A stretch of 64,000 nucleotides of DNA from Octopus vulgaris (Eukaryota): assembly GCA_951406725.2 (NCBI GenBank), contig OX597819.1:15748001-15812000 (forward strand). Reading direction: 5' to 3'. The position numbers and the translations under genes are program-made. Shown in pieces: positions 40,232 through 52,457 of the stretch (position 1 is its first letter; each line of letters begins with the position of its first letter). The notes below the pieces were generated by a model. That model had not been told where the DNA came from. It was given only the letters and a program-made list of their open reading frames with translations, and ran no database searches.

Positions 40232-41450
40232 TGATATTTGTTTCAATAACCATTTAGTAATTCAATCTTTTACCACTTATTCATTGTTTGTTGGGTTGTC
40301 AACCTGCCCAGCATGACCACCACCACTGTACTGTTCATCTTCTACACCCTTACACTCCATAACATGTCCTTCACTGGCATATAACAAACTTGTCTTCCAC
40401 ACCGTTTTCAACATATTTTCTCTCCCAACTGTACCCCCTTCCTACCACACTACATCATACACATGTCCTCATTCTCACATTACAACCACAGGTTCAAGAA
40501 ATCCGTTGTCATAACATTATTTCTTATCCTAGTTTATTAATGTCTTTGGGAGATTTGATGAGCACCACAGTTGGCTACATTGCCACCACTCATGGTGCCA
40601 TCATTCCTGACTCAGTTTTGTTGTAATTAGTGTTTATATTGACAAAGATATCTGTGGACTATTGTCCTCTTGAATCTACACTTAATCAGGGACTGTTCTC
40701 TTCAGTCGACTTAGGCTTGGTCTCTCTTCTTCACTCTCCTCTTAGACATGTCCTTCACCCATGTTCTGTTGTAGTCACTGACTATAAACAACCACATTCT
40801 AGGTTCAAACTTCATTCCCAGCATTGGCATTATATTGTAGCTGTTATTTAACATAAGATTGCCCTCGTTGAGCAATCTGTGATCAAGAGTATTCCAGCTA
40901 TGACTGTCATCACCATCATGTCCATTTTCCCTGCCAGCATGGATCGGATCTGACAAACCACAGGGCTACATTGACCTTCAGTGTGAGCTTTGGCATGGCT
41001 TCTACTGCTGGATGCCCTTCCCAATGCCAATTCCTTATGAGAGTATAACCACTTTACAGTGACTTTTAATGAGACAGGTGTGTTCAGCTCTACACTTACA
41101 CTGACCTTTGTTTTTTCATGAAGTTAGTGAGAAATGTATTACTTATTTCTCAAGGAGGTTTCCTTACTGGCAGTTGGTCTGCCAGATAATGTTTTACAAA
41201 GCATTTTAGGGCTCACTAAAAGCTTCTTCTTGATAGTTAAAACTGGTTACTTACCTCTCTGGAATATATCACCTCTTCATGACACCTACCTTAGGGTATT
41301 TAGAGTTAAATGGGCCCTCCATATTGTATCTATTCACAGCTAGGTGGACTCTTCTTTTTAGTACCTGTTTACAGCTTGGTGGACTTTACCTCGGTGTTTA
41401 CCTTGGTGGACTTTACTTCTCGACAGTCCTTCTTTTACTGTTCTTGATAA

Positions 41451-41696
<246 letters not shown>

Positions 41697-41711
41697 TGAT
41701 TTTATGTTGTA

Positions 41712-42107
41712 CTAGCAGTATCGCCCGGCGTTGCTCGGGTTTGTAAGGGAAATAACTATATAAGCATTTTTAGAGATGTAAAGTATAATAGCCATCTCAA
41801 TATGGCTAACCACAAGGGGGGGAGGTTACTGTAGCTTTTTACGTTCTGAGATTTAATGATAAATTTTTAGAGAGTTACTTCTCTTATATATGCCAAAAAT
41901 GGATTAAAAATGGGAAAAATTGATGGTAAATTTTTTTTAAAATCGTAGACTCATCGTAGACGCACGCTTATACCCAGAAGGGCTCGATATGAATCACGAC
42001 TATAAGATACCCGGTTTTGGTTAAACTGTACCGCAAAATGTGGGAGTAGTTAGGAATCTAAATCGTAGGAGACAGACAGCACACAACCTCACTTTTATAT
42101 ATAAAGA
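41712..42107 (-). mobile_element. Non-autonomous Helitron
   Basis: Minus strand starts TC(tttatatataaaag) and ends with hairpin cccgagcaacgccggg followed by CTAG. Inserted between A and T with no TSD. Confidence 0.88.
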
Positions 42108-42635
42108 TTTATGTATGTCCCCCTGTATGGTTCCATCATAGCACTCGCTTAAGAGGTGGTGTGTGCATTATACAATGAAAGTAGAAAATACTCTGTAGAC
42201 TAAAGAAGCAACGAAAGCATGGGATTGGGTGTGCACGAATGCTTTATAAACTGTGCTATGGCTACAAATGGTAACATCACTGTTGGCACTTCAGCCACAA
42301 GTGGGTCACAACACTATCTGTGTTTGGGCTGCTGTGTTTGGGGATATTATTTGACATCTCCTGCCTGCTTGCTTTGCTCTTTTGAATTCAAATGGAAAAA
42401 AAAACAAATTCCCTTGGAAAACAAGTGTTAGCAACAGGAAGAGCATCTCCTCCCACCATTCTGCTGCAGCTATGTCCCATCTAAGCCATACTAGCATAGG
42501 AAGTAGATATTAAATGAAATGAATGATATATCAGTGCATTGTGTGTGTGTGTGTGATAGCTTGGTCTAAGGAATGAAATGCTCCTTTTCTTCCTTCTTGT
42601 TAATTACTGATCCACTCACTTCTTTCATTGTTCAG

Positions 42636-42811
42636 ATTGTTGGAGGCAAGAACCACACGAAAGACCATCTTTCTGCCAAATTTTGAAGCAACTGGAAGAA
42701 ATTGCTTCTTCGTCTTTCATGACCACCCCTCAAGACTCATTCCATACAATGCAGGAAGATTGGCGTCAGGAGATAGAACACATGTTTGATGAACTACGGA
42801 GTAAAGAGAAG
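42636..42811 (+). CDS. MLK (MAP3K9/10/11): MLK exon: kinase subdomain XI and start of leucine zipper
   Basis: ttcAG acceptor and GTaagg donor; in phase. Translates (H)CWRQEPHERPSFCQILKQLEEIASSSFMTTPQDSFHTMQEDWRQEIEHMFDELRSKEK. Confidence 0.96.
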
Positions 42812-42909
42812 GTAAGGGATTAGGGATATATTGTCGTTGTTTCTCTGTAGATTTGAACCCTTGCATTCATGCTTAGTGGTGGTTGTAGTTGCTTGACCCA
42901 AAGTTGGGC

Positions 42910-43830
42910 TGTTATGTTTTAATACAGAATTATTACATTACTTGAATTCCACTTCAATATTGGAGTGAACATGTGAGCAATATATACTCAAAAATACATG
43001 CTGATTAAAGCAGAACCCCAAAACCCACGTGCAAAAGAAGGCAGTAAGCAAATTAGAAAAATTATTATTTGTACATCATCATTGTTTAACGTCCGTTTTC
43101 CGTGCTAGCACGGGCTGGACGGTTCGACCGGGGTCTGGGAAGCCAAGAGGCTCCACCAGGCTCCAGTCTGATCTGGCAGTGTTTCTACAGCTGGATGCCC
43201 TTCCTAACACCAACCACTCCGGAGTGTAGTGGGTGCTTTTTACGTGCCAGGTGAGGCTGGCAGCAGCCATGATCAGTTGGTGCTTTTTACCTGCCACCGG
43301 CACAGAAGCCAGTCAAGGTGGCGCTGGCATCGGCCACATTCGGATGGTACTTTTTACGTGCCACCGGCACAGGTATCACAACTAAAAAAATTAACAAAAT
43401 ACAAATACATTTACTAAACAAGGCAAAAGTCACCAAACTCAGTTCGATACCAAGTCAGAACACAATATAACACCTCCCCAACAAGTATGGAATATAAAAC
43501 ATAAATCCCAATAAAATTGAGCAGAAATAAATCAGTGTTGTGAGACATAATAGTCTGGAGGTTTTCTTCATCTTGTTGATCCTCTTGGATGTTGATGACT
43601 GTATTCTGGTGTTGAGTTATTGTCACTAGGTGGTAACGATGAGCTAACAGGTTCTTCTTCAGGAGCAGACTTGCCTATAACTTGAGGTTCTGAATCACGG
43701 AAAGAAGGTGTATCTCCTGTCTCTTGGTCATCTTCCGAAGAATATCAAGATGACTTATGATGACAGGTATTCAAGCCACATCCAACTGTCTGCTTTCTTC
43801 AGACATTGTGTGCCCTTTACAATGCCGTTC
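42910..43830 (-). mobile_element. Gypsy-like LTR retrotransposon 3' remnant (end of pol, PPT, 3' LTR)
   Basis: Minus strand reads ...HPRGSTR*RKPPDYY*, then PPT GGGGAGG (43473-79) directly followed by TGTTAT. The LTR ends ATAACA at 42910 with ATTAAA just before it, and is interrupted by a family C copy (43074-43380). Confidence 0.65.
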
Positions 43831-44329
43831 ATTGTGTTTTTTTTCTTTTTCTAATAGAGCAAAGTGTAATTTTAGTAAGACATAGCTGCTATTGCAAGCA
43901 AGCCGAGTGACCATTTGTAGGTTCTTTTGGTTTATGTTTATTTGTTGTGACAGTGTGTATCATGTGCCTTGATGTTGTATAAACTCCAGGCCATCTCTGA
44001 CTCGGCAGAACTATTGCACTCTGAGGATAACTGAGATGTTGGCAGCAGCAGCAGCAGCAGCGGTGGTGGTGGTGGTGGTGGTGGTGGTGCTCTGTGTGTG
44101 TTGTTGCTGAGTGTGATAAGTAGTGTGGTTAGGATGATGATGTGATGCTCTGGTGTGTCTGAATTGAGTTGCAGAGTTGGTGTTGTGATGTAGTGTTTTG
44201 GAGTGTTGAAGTAGGATGTGGTAGTAGTGATGCTGGTGGAGGTGGTGTAGGTTGTAAGATCAGATGAAAGCAGCATTAAGCTTACTAGGGAGGTTCTGGA
44301 TGAAATGTGAAGAGCTAATGTATGTTTTC

Positions 44330-44630
44330 TTGGAGTAAAGATTGTTTGCTAACATAACATGGCAGTCCTGGTTTAGGACGAATGTTGCTGTAATTTTAGC
44401 CCCAGGAGACATCGTCTCCAGCTGGCTATATAACACGATCTGTGTTCGAAAATATAAGGACACAGATTGTGTCATATAGCCAACTGGAGACGATGTCTCC
44501 TGGTGCTAAATTACAGCAACATTTGTCCTAAACCAGGACTGCCATGTTATGTTAGCAAACAATCTTTACTCCAAAGTACTGTTGCTGAATATCTCTCATT
44601 GTGAATTTTACAAATAGTAATTTTCTAGTA
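44330..44630. mobile_element. Family F element rearranged into a ~118-bp-arm foldback
   Basis: Arms 44330-44447 and ~44458-44574; tail ends ttttCTAG; homologous to 12980-13262. Confidence 0.8.
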
Positions 44631-44791
44631 TGTCTTGTTTCATAGTCCCCACGCCCCGTTCTTACCCCACAATTACATTGTTGAATATTGGCAGTTTAAC
44701 ATTATATCTCTTCTTTCTCTGTGTGTGTGTGAGACAATGCATGTCTTTTTGTGTATGTATCCATCTGTGTGTGTGTGTTTGTGTGTTTTAG

Positions 44792-45035
44792 GAGCTGCGA
44801 AACCGTGAAGAGGAACTGACCAAAGCTGCAGTGCAGCAGAAAATCCAAGAGGAGCTGCTGAAGAAACGAGAGCAGGAGCTGGCTGAGCGTGAAATTGATC
44901 TTGTCCAACGGGAGTTGAATGTCATGTTTCTACAACAGGACATCAACAAACCAACACCAAAGAAGAGAAAAGATAAATTCCGTATGTTTCGAAACAGACC
45001 CGACATCGGTGGAAAGACGATCAGTGTGCCATCAA
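44792..45035 (+). CDS. MLK (MAP3K9/10/11): MLK exon: leucine zippers, basic region and first half of CRIB
   Basis: ttttAG acceptor and GTaagt donor; phase 0 start. Translates ELRNREEELTKAAVQQKIQEELLKKREQELAEREIDLVQRELNVMFLQQDINKPTPKKRKDKF...ISVPS. Confidence 0.95.
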
Positions 45036-45604
45036 GTAAGTTGCTGTTGTTGTTTAGCCCTGAGTCAGCTTGCCCCAGGAAACTCTTGATCAGAGACCTT
45101 TGGTTATTTGCATTGTATAGTGACTGTATGCAGTTTGGTTTTTGTTGATCTTGTTTAGCCCCAGGTCAGTTGTGACTGAGCAGACAAATGATCAAAAGCA
45201 TTCCAGCTATGGCCATCCTAGTTAAAGTAACTATACTCTACCTGTAAACCTTTGGTTGCATTACCATCTTTCTCTTGAAATTCTTGGTTTTTCTGCCTAA
45301 ATTAGAAACCATTTTTAAGACAGTCAAAATGCTTAGTGGTATTTCCTCCGTCTGCACGTTCTGAGTTCAAACTTTTCCAAGGTCGACTTTGCCTTTCATC
45401 CTTTTGGGGTTGATGAAACAAGTATCAGTTGAGTACGGGGTGGGGATGTAATCAACTTATCCCCCTCCCCCAAAATTGATGGCCTTGTGCCAAAATTTGA
45501 AACCATTATTAATATCATCATTAATATTACTATTATTGGGTGAGAGAGAAGTGCATGACACCAAAGTGACGCTGGGGTACAAATATACGAAGCCCAATTT
45601 TACC

Positions 45605-46500
45605 CATGACATCTCCTTTGTTGCTGACGACTCCCAGAACCATCACAGTTGCTGGGAACTTAGTATGCATAACTTTTAGAATGTCCTTCGGGTCTCTGCA
45701 TAACCATCTGTTGTTCTTTTGGTTTACCTTTTCGTCCTGATCGAAGTTTTTCTCAATGGAGAAAATCCAAAGCCTTCCTGCCTCTTGGTGTTTTAACTCT
45801 TTAGTAAGCCATTTGCATGGATCAGATGATTCTCTCTTGTCACATCTAGCATAAACTGACCCCACTCCACATCACATACAACTTGTACTTGATGTCCTCA
45901 TTCACAGCTCTTCTGATGGTCTATTCTGAAACCTTGGGTCCTTTGCAATAGCTGTGATTGACTCTCTGGGGTGGTTTTTATCGTATAGTTCTCAAACTCT
46001 TTGTATGGAGTTATGTGTTCTGATGGCATTAGGACCCTGTGCATGCATTTTGCATTTAGCCACTGGTGTTGTATCCTCATCAGCAGCTTTTTTATTTTGA
46101 CAATGCAGGATTGGGCAACTTTCAGAAAGCAAACTATCTCTATAACATTATGTTGTGCTTTTAACGTAATGATTACAGTGTATCTTTTCATAAGGCGGTG
46201 AGCTGGCAGAACCGTTAGCATGCCGGGCAAAATGTGTAGCCGTATTTCGTCTGCTGTTACGTTCTGAGTTCAAATTCCGCCGAGGTCGACTTTGCCTTTC
46301 ATCCTTTCGGGGTCGATAAATTAAGTACCAGTTACGCACTGGGGTCGATGTAGTTGACTTAATCCGTTTGTCTGTCCTTGTTTGTCCCCTCTATGTTTAG
46401 CCCCTTGTGGGTAATAAAGAAACAGATTACAGTGTGTCTTTTCATTTGTTGAGTCAACCTGAAAAGTAAAGTAATAATGAAAATAGTTACAAGTAAGTTT
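45605..46500 (-). mobile_element. DD37D (maT-like) Tc1/mariner transposase remnant, split by a SINE
   Basis: Reads LTQQMKRHTVI...LKAQHNVIEIVCFLKVAQSCIVKIKK and IFSIEKNFDQDEKVNQKNNRWLCRDPKDILKVMHTKFPATVMVLGVVSNKGDVM. Confidence 0.75.
46192..46424 (+). mobile_element. SINE family B with 21-bp TSD, nested in transposase remnant
   Basis: gattacagtgt(a/g)tcttttcat at 46171-46191 and 46425-46445. Confidence 0.92.
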
Positions 46501-46634
46501 AGGGGTCTTGAAAACAGTATCTGCAACAAAAAAAAAAACAAAAAAAAAACGATTCGTCCTGTATAAGTATATTTGTGTGTGTATTTACATGTACTTATAT
46601 ATGAATGTGTGTGTATTTTATTTATTCTGTCCAG

Positions 46635-46754
46635 ATTTCCAGCATAAAATCACTGTCCAGCAGGAGCAATCCTCCTACCAAAATTATTCAAATCCTGACA
46701 GTCCCCCACTGCAATCTCAACAAGCTGCACCTCTAAGACTGCGAGCCATTGCAT
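46635..46754 (+). CDS. MLK (MAP3K9/10/11): MLK exon: second half of CRIB motif
   Basis: ccAG acceptor and GTaagt donor. Splicing gives ISVPS-NFQHKITVQ (MLK-type CRIB), then ...SPP...RLRAIA. Confidence 0.93.
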
Positions 46755-47184
46755 GTAAGTGACCGTTTCTGCTTGTTTTGTTTTTGTTTCATTGTGTGTT
46801 TTTGTGTGTGCATGCGGTCGTGTAATCTTTGGCTACGACTGAATAGGTGCAAAAAAGCATACATCATGCAGATTCTGCAGTTGTATATGTGTGTATATAT
46901 ATATGTGTGCTGATGATTGGTTGTGTGGAGGTTGTTTGGATATCCCTATATAATTTGGTTTCTCATCCTTCCATCACCTCAACCTATCATTCTCCCCTCC
47001 TTATTTCATTTACTATATCAATGTTCTCTCTCTTTTCTTCCTGTCTCTTTGGCTTTTTTTTTTATTACTTCCTATTTCCATTATTTCTGTCTTTCTCATC
47101 TGTCTGTCTGTCTGTCTATCTGTCTTTCACTCTCTTAATATCCATTCCACTCTTCCTCCTACCAACACCTGTATTCTATATACA

Positions 47185-47260
<76 letters not shown>

Positions 47261-47514
47261 CATTGGGGTGCAAAAGTAGGTATGTAGTAAGTATCACATC
47301 AATGTTATAATAATTAATTCATTAAGGTTATTAGCACATTAAATTAGTTCATCTCATTTTTGATATTTTCAGTGTCAGTAATCATAATAATATATTTATC
47401 ATAACTATACTATTACTTTTAGCGTAACTTTTAATTAGTTTTTTTGATAAAAATAAACGAATATTGTATGTTTTCTTTTATTCATAACTGTATACCTACT
47501 TTTGTACCACCCTG
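47261..47514. mobile_element. Tc1/mariner-type MITE
   Basis: Imperfect TIRs ggggtgcaaaagtaggtat / atacctacttttgtaccaccctg around an AT-rich interior. Confidence 0.6.
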
Positions 47515-47591
47515 AGTGTGTGTGTGTGTGCGTGTGTGTTTAGTTTAATAAAATTTGTACTCTATAAAATTGTTTTTATTATTTCTGAATC

Positions 47592-47698
47592 AAGATTATT
47601 ATTGACAGTGACTTAAAAGTTTTGACCATTTAAGCTATCGGCAGTCCGATGATGGCTTAACTATCCAAAACTTTGAAGCCACTGTCAATAGTATTCTT
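47592..47698. repeat. Imperfect palindrome with degenerate hammerhead-like centre
   Basis: attattgacagtgacttaaaagttttg pairs with caaaactttgaagccactgtcaatagt; centre contains ccgatgatggc...ccaaaac. Confidence 0.65.
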
Positions 47699-48320
47699 GC
47701 TTAATAAATAAATATATATTTATTTAGCCCCTGTACTGTTTTATAATGAGGTATGTGTGTAACAAAAGGGCTGCTGTATCAGGGTCACATTGCTGATGCT
47801 GTTTTGTTGTGTTACATATGTAACAGGAATGGTAGTGGTGTATGGTATGTTACACAAGTGACATTGGAGTGATGCAGTGATACTCCAAGCAGTATCACCT
47901 ACATATATTGATCTGTGAGCTTAATATCTTTGATAAATTTGATTGATCTAGTCTAAACAGTGCATGGTTTGAGAGTTTATGAAATGATGTTAGTGCATGG
48001 CATGTAACTTGGTGTGACACTATTGCAGCACCAGTGTTGCATGATGCGACACCGTTGCACTAATAATGGCGTAGAGCATGTGGTATTGCTAAATTCATTT
48101 ATTCTTACACAATTAATTGTAAATTACATGACAATATAATTGAAATGTGTGCATATTTGTGTGTGTGTGTGTGTGTGTTTGTAAAAATGAAGTGAAACCA
48201 AAAAGTGATATTTTGAAAACATTTAATGCCTAAGTTTCAGGTTTGACTAGTATATGATACTATACAATCAGAAATACATCCATTATGTAAACCCTTCTCT
48301 GTTAAAGCATTGTAAATATA

Positions 48321-48810
48321 TTGCAAATGCTGATAGGGCACAGATAGTGTGTCAATAGCCAGTCAGAGGAGATGTCTTCCTGGCACTACAAGCTACAGTA
48401 GCATTGATCCTTAAGGGTTAGCCACATTTATGTGACAAATATACTTCACAATGTTGTGCAGCTACTGTTTATACCTCATTCAGAGATTTGTTATTCCACT
48501 TTTTCGAGATCAGTGACTTCGTCACTGGAAAAACTATATATATATATATATATATTTGCATTGAGAATCATTTCCCATCACCAACCGTTGGTTGTCACAG
48601 GCTGATAATAGGTAACTACCCAGAAACTCGGGTCCATGTGTATCATGCCAGGCTGGAGATGGGAACGATGACTTTCCTTTGTAAATGCTGATAGGGCACA
48701 GATAGTGTGTCAATAGCCAGCTGGAGGAGATGTTTTCCTGAGGCTACAAGCAACAGTAGCATCAACCCTTAAGGGTTAGCCACATTTAAGTGGAAAATAT
48801 ACTTCACGAT
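48321..48810. repeat. Two ~130-bp direct repeats (48321-48452, 48679-48810), distantly related to family F
   Basis: aaatgctgatagggcacagatagtgtgtcaatagccag...cttaagggttagccacattta...aaatatacttcac occurs in both. Confidence 0.85.
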
Positions 48811-49709
48811 ATAGAATTGTATATCTATATATCTGTATGAGTTAGAGGTTAAGCAACCACCTAAGGGATATTAAATATCCAATATACTACTGGTTGTATA
48901 CCTATGTATTTATAATCAAGTGCTTACTATTGCAGAACAATATCACAATTGAATACTTGGTATGGGTGGGGTAAATTAGAAATTTACCTAGGATTTATAA
49001 GGCAAATAAGAAAACAGAGAGGATAAACAATCGATAAACATCAGCCTTTAAACATTCAATTATATCTATTTATTAATCACCTTAAAATAAAGTTCTTACC
49101 ATTCCTTACTATTTCTATTATTTTATTTTTTTATTTTATTTTATCTAGTTTCAGCTCATGAGCTGTGGCCATGCTGGGGCTTATTTTATTTTACTCTATT
49201 ATTTTAACTTACTGTCCCACAGTAAGTTTCCTTACATTTGGTCTCTCTGATGAAGCCTTGGGCTCAACCATTGTCCAACCCCTGTCCAATGTTTGTTCAT
49301 CCCTATTAATATATCATGTCTGTTGAAATTCCGTATCTGTGCAGCTGAAGAGAGCGCTGTATTTAAAATTTATGTAATGATTGCATTGTTCAGTTAAATG
49401 GAGCCGCTTGAAATGGTTGTACTGCATTGCAACTTGAAATCTTGTTACTTATTTCGATATATATATATAGAGAGAGAGAGAGAGGGAGAGAGAGAGAGTT
49501 ATGTATGTATATATTATGCAAACCTGAAATGCAGATATTAAATGATTTCAAAATATCATCATTTGATATAATTTCATTATTACAACTTATATGACTTGAT
49601 GCCAATACAAACTGATCGGTCTCAACTCCACCAATGCGGATACTCTGACAAGCAGTTTGTTACATTTTGGGTTTGAGTTGAAAATTCTGATTGTTTCTTA
49701 GTGTTACAT

Positions 49710-49781
49710 GAAATATATATATTTATATGTGTATGTATATGTATGTATGTATGTATATATATATATATATGTGTATGTATA

Positions 49782-49848
<67 letters not shown>

Positions 49849-49859
49849 ATATGTGTGTG

Positions 49860-49901
<42 letters not shown>

Positions 49902-50110
49902 TATGTGTATATATATATATATACATACATATGTATATATATATATGTATATAAATATATATATGTATATGTATATATATATACATATATGTATATATAT
50001 ATAATTTGCTTGTATATATGTCAGTATAAATATATGTATATGTATATATATATACATATATGTATATATATATAATTTGCTTGTACCTATGTCAGTATAA
50101 ATGTATGTAT
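49710..50110. repeat. Compound (TA)n/(TATG)n microsatellite with local duplication
   Basis: Direct inspection. Confidence 0.93.
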
Positions 50111-50293
50111 ATAACTATATGTCTACATGCAATCGTAAATATGTGCTCTGAATTTAGTTGAAGTATATATACTAAAACTGCATGCCGTTTCGTCTAACCC
50201 TAACCCTAACCCTCTCTGCTCCATCCTCCACCCCACTGCTAGTGTGTGTGTCATATATCGTTAAGCTTTGTTATTTATAACTCTCTGTTTCAG

Positions 50294-50470
50294 TTCCAGT
50301 AGATGGCGTTAAAGGCAAGACTTGGGGTCCAAGCTCGGTCCAGAAGGACCGACATCAGCGGACATCTGTTGACTTTGCTGGCGGGCGCTGGTCGAAGAGT
50401 ACCCCTAACCTAGAGAAATCCCTTTCTCAGTTAGGTGGGCACTCAAATATGGGTGCTTTGATGGAGCTTT
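50294..50470 (+). CDS. MLK (MAP3K9/10/11): MLK exon: post-CRIB region
   Basis: tttcAG acceptor and GTaagt donor; phase 1 at both ends. Translates (F)PVDGVKGKTWGPSSVQKDRHQRTSVDFAGGRWSKSTPNLEKSLSQLGGHSNMGALMEL; KTWGxSS and WSKSxPNL are MLK-type motifs. Absent from the ORF track. Confidence 0.9.
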
Positions 50471-50595
50471 GTAAGTTATTTGCTCACTTTCATACGGTTT
50501 ATGGATGACGGAGCGAGATGTCTCTCGGAAGGCATTTCAAGCTCGTCTGGTTCTCCTCTCATGTTATGCTGTCATGCTTTCTATTGTTTTATATA

Positions 50596-50596
<1 letters not shown>

Positions 50597-50683
<87 letters not shown>
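50597..50683. repeat. (CA)n microsatellite
   Basis: Direct inspection. Confidence 0.95.
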
Positions 50684-50685
<2 letters not shown>

Positions 50686-52413
50686 TGGATTATATATATC
50701 ATTTATGTATTATGTATATGTATTATATATTATGTTGTTGCTAATAGACCCATGTGTGTGTATATACACACACACACACACACACACATACAAATACTTC
50801 ACTCTATTAAACTTCACTGATGCAAGAAATGAAATATTATTGATGTTTGGTGAGAAGATTCCTTCCTTTGGAATAGAAACGATCAACCAATAAAACAACA
50901 GTTGTACACATATGTTTGTGTGTATAATCATATTTTGGTCATACAAAACAAAAAAAAAAAAGAGTTCTCAATACATGGTGTAGAGTTTATTATTCTTTAT
51001 AATCTGAAGATTTACTCTGTTATTTGTTTGTGTTTGTTGCCTTGTGGCAAGAATGTGTGTGTGTGTGAAGAGATTTGGTGGTGTTTGTTGGTTATGTAGT
51101 GTAAATGGACAATGAAAGATGTATGCAAAAGCTGCCTCCTCCTGACATTGCACTGCACTCATTGCAGATGAAGCTGGACAAAGATTGGGGATGAAGTGTT
51201 GAGATTAGATCTCAAGATGTTGTATTTCAAAGACAAGGTGACTAAAGACTAAAACAGGTGGTGTTAGATTGTAGAGATGACTTGTCCAATCCATGCCAGC
51301 ACGGTGATGTGTTCAGTAAAACAAAAATATATATGATGAATGCTGGAGGAAAATGTGTTTTCTGTGAGCAGATGAGGCCCATGATGGGTGATAAAGTGGT
51401 ACAGTTAGATCTCAAGGCTTGTGTCTTACAGAAGAATGCAAAATGGAAATGGTACTGTACAGTAGACGTGACCAAACTTGCCAGCATGGACCAACGCATT
51501 AAAATGACGACAACAATAATGATAGAAATAATGACGATGATGATATCCACTACATTTTACTATCTATAGTTTTATATATGCCACATTGATATAACCTTAC
51601 CATAAAGGCATTAACCATTTGTGATCTGTTGAAGAGTTCTTCTCATAATTCTACAATTTCAAATATTTCTCTAATATCTCTTTGTTTTTATTCTCTGTGT
51701 CTCCATTCTGTGATGGAGAAATATTAAAGTTAAAAAGAACAGAAGTACAATAATTTTTCATTAAGAATTTTTATTAATTATATTAATTACTTCATTATAA
51801 AGGGACAAAGAAAAATGTTGCTTGACAGAATAATCTCTCTCCCTTGTAATATACTGTGCCATCACATTCAATAAGCCACTGCCTGTTGTGGTGGTCAGGG
51901 TATTTCTCAACCTGACAGAGGTAATCTCCTCTGGAATTGTATTGTTCTGGTATGTGTGTCTGTTAGCCAAATGAATTGATTGGTGGACTATAGTCTGAGC
52001 ATGAACTACATTACCCTGATACACATTACTAGCAGCTAGGTGTACTGTGTTCTGTGACTGAGCCACATGGATATGGTACCGGTTGCTGATAGCTAAGTGG
52101 TGAATGGATTGATGGACTCTGATCTGAGATGCAGCCTCTTTGATCGAGTGCCAATTGCTAACAACTTGGTAAATTGAATGTAATCTAAGTAAACCACATG
52201 AATCTGGTTCACCTTACTGACAGCTTGGTGGACTGTAGTCTGATACCAAACCACACTATTCTAGTGGACTGATTGGGGCCACTGAGGTTGAACCATATTG
52301 ATCTGGTGTATATTACTGACAGCGAGGTGAACTGATTATTAAACTGTGACTGGAGACATGACTATTTGGTCATCTTTCCTTTAATATATGGTATATGTTA
52401 TAGATTATATGAT

Positions 52414-52457
<44 letters not shown>

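Noticed and set aside
50194-50213. (CCCTAA)3 telomere-like repeat
   Set aside because: Only three units; too short to imply a telomeric junction.
51160-51210. Possible extra MLK exon after attgcAG
   Set aside because: In-frame stop within about 11 codons and no MLK similarity.
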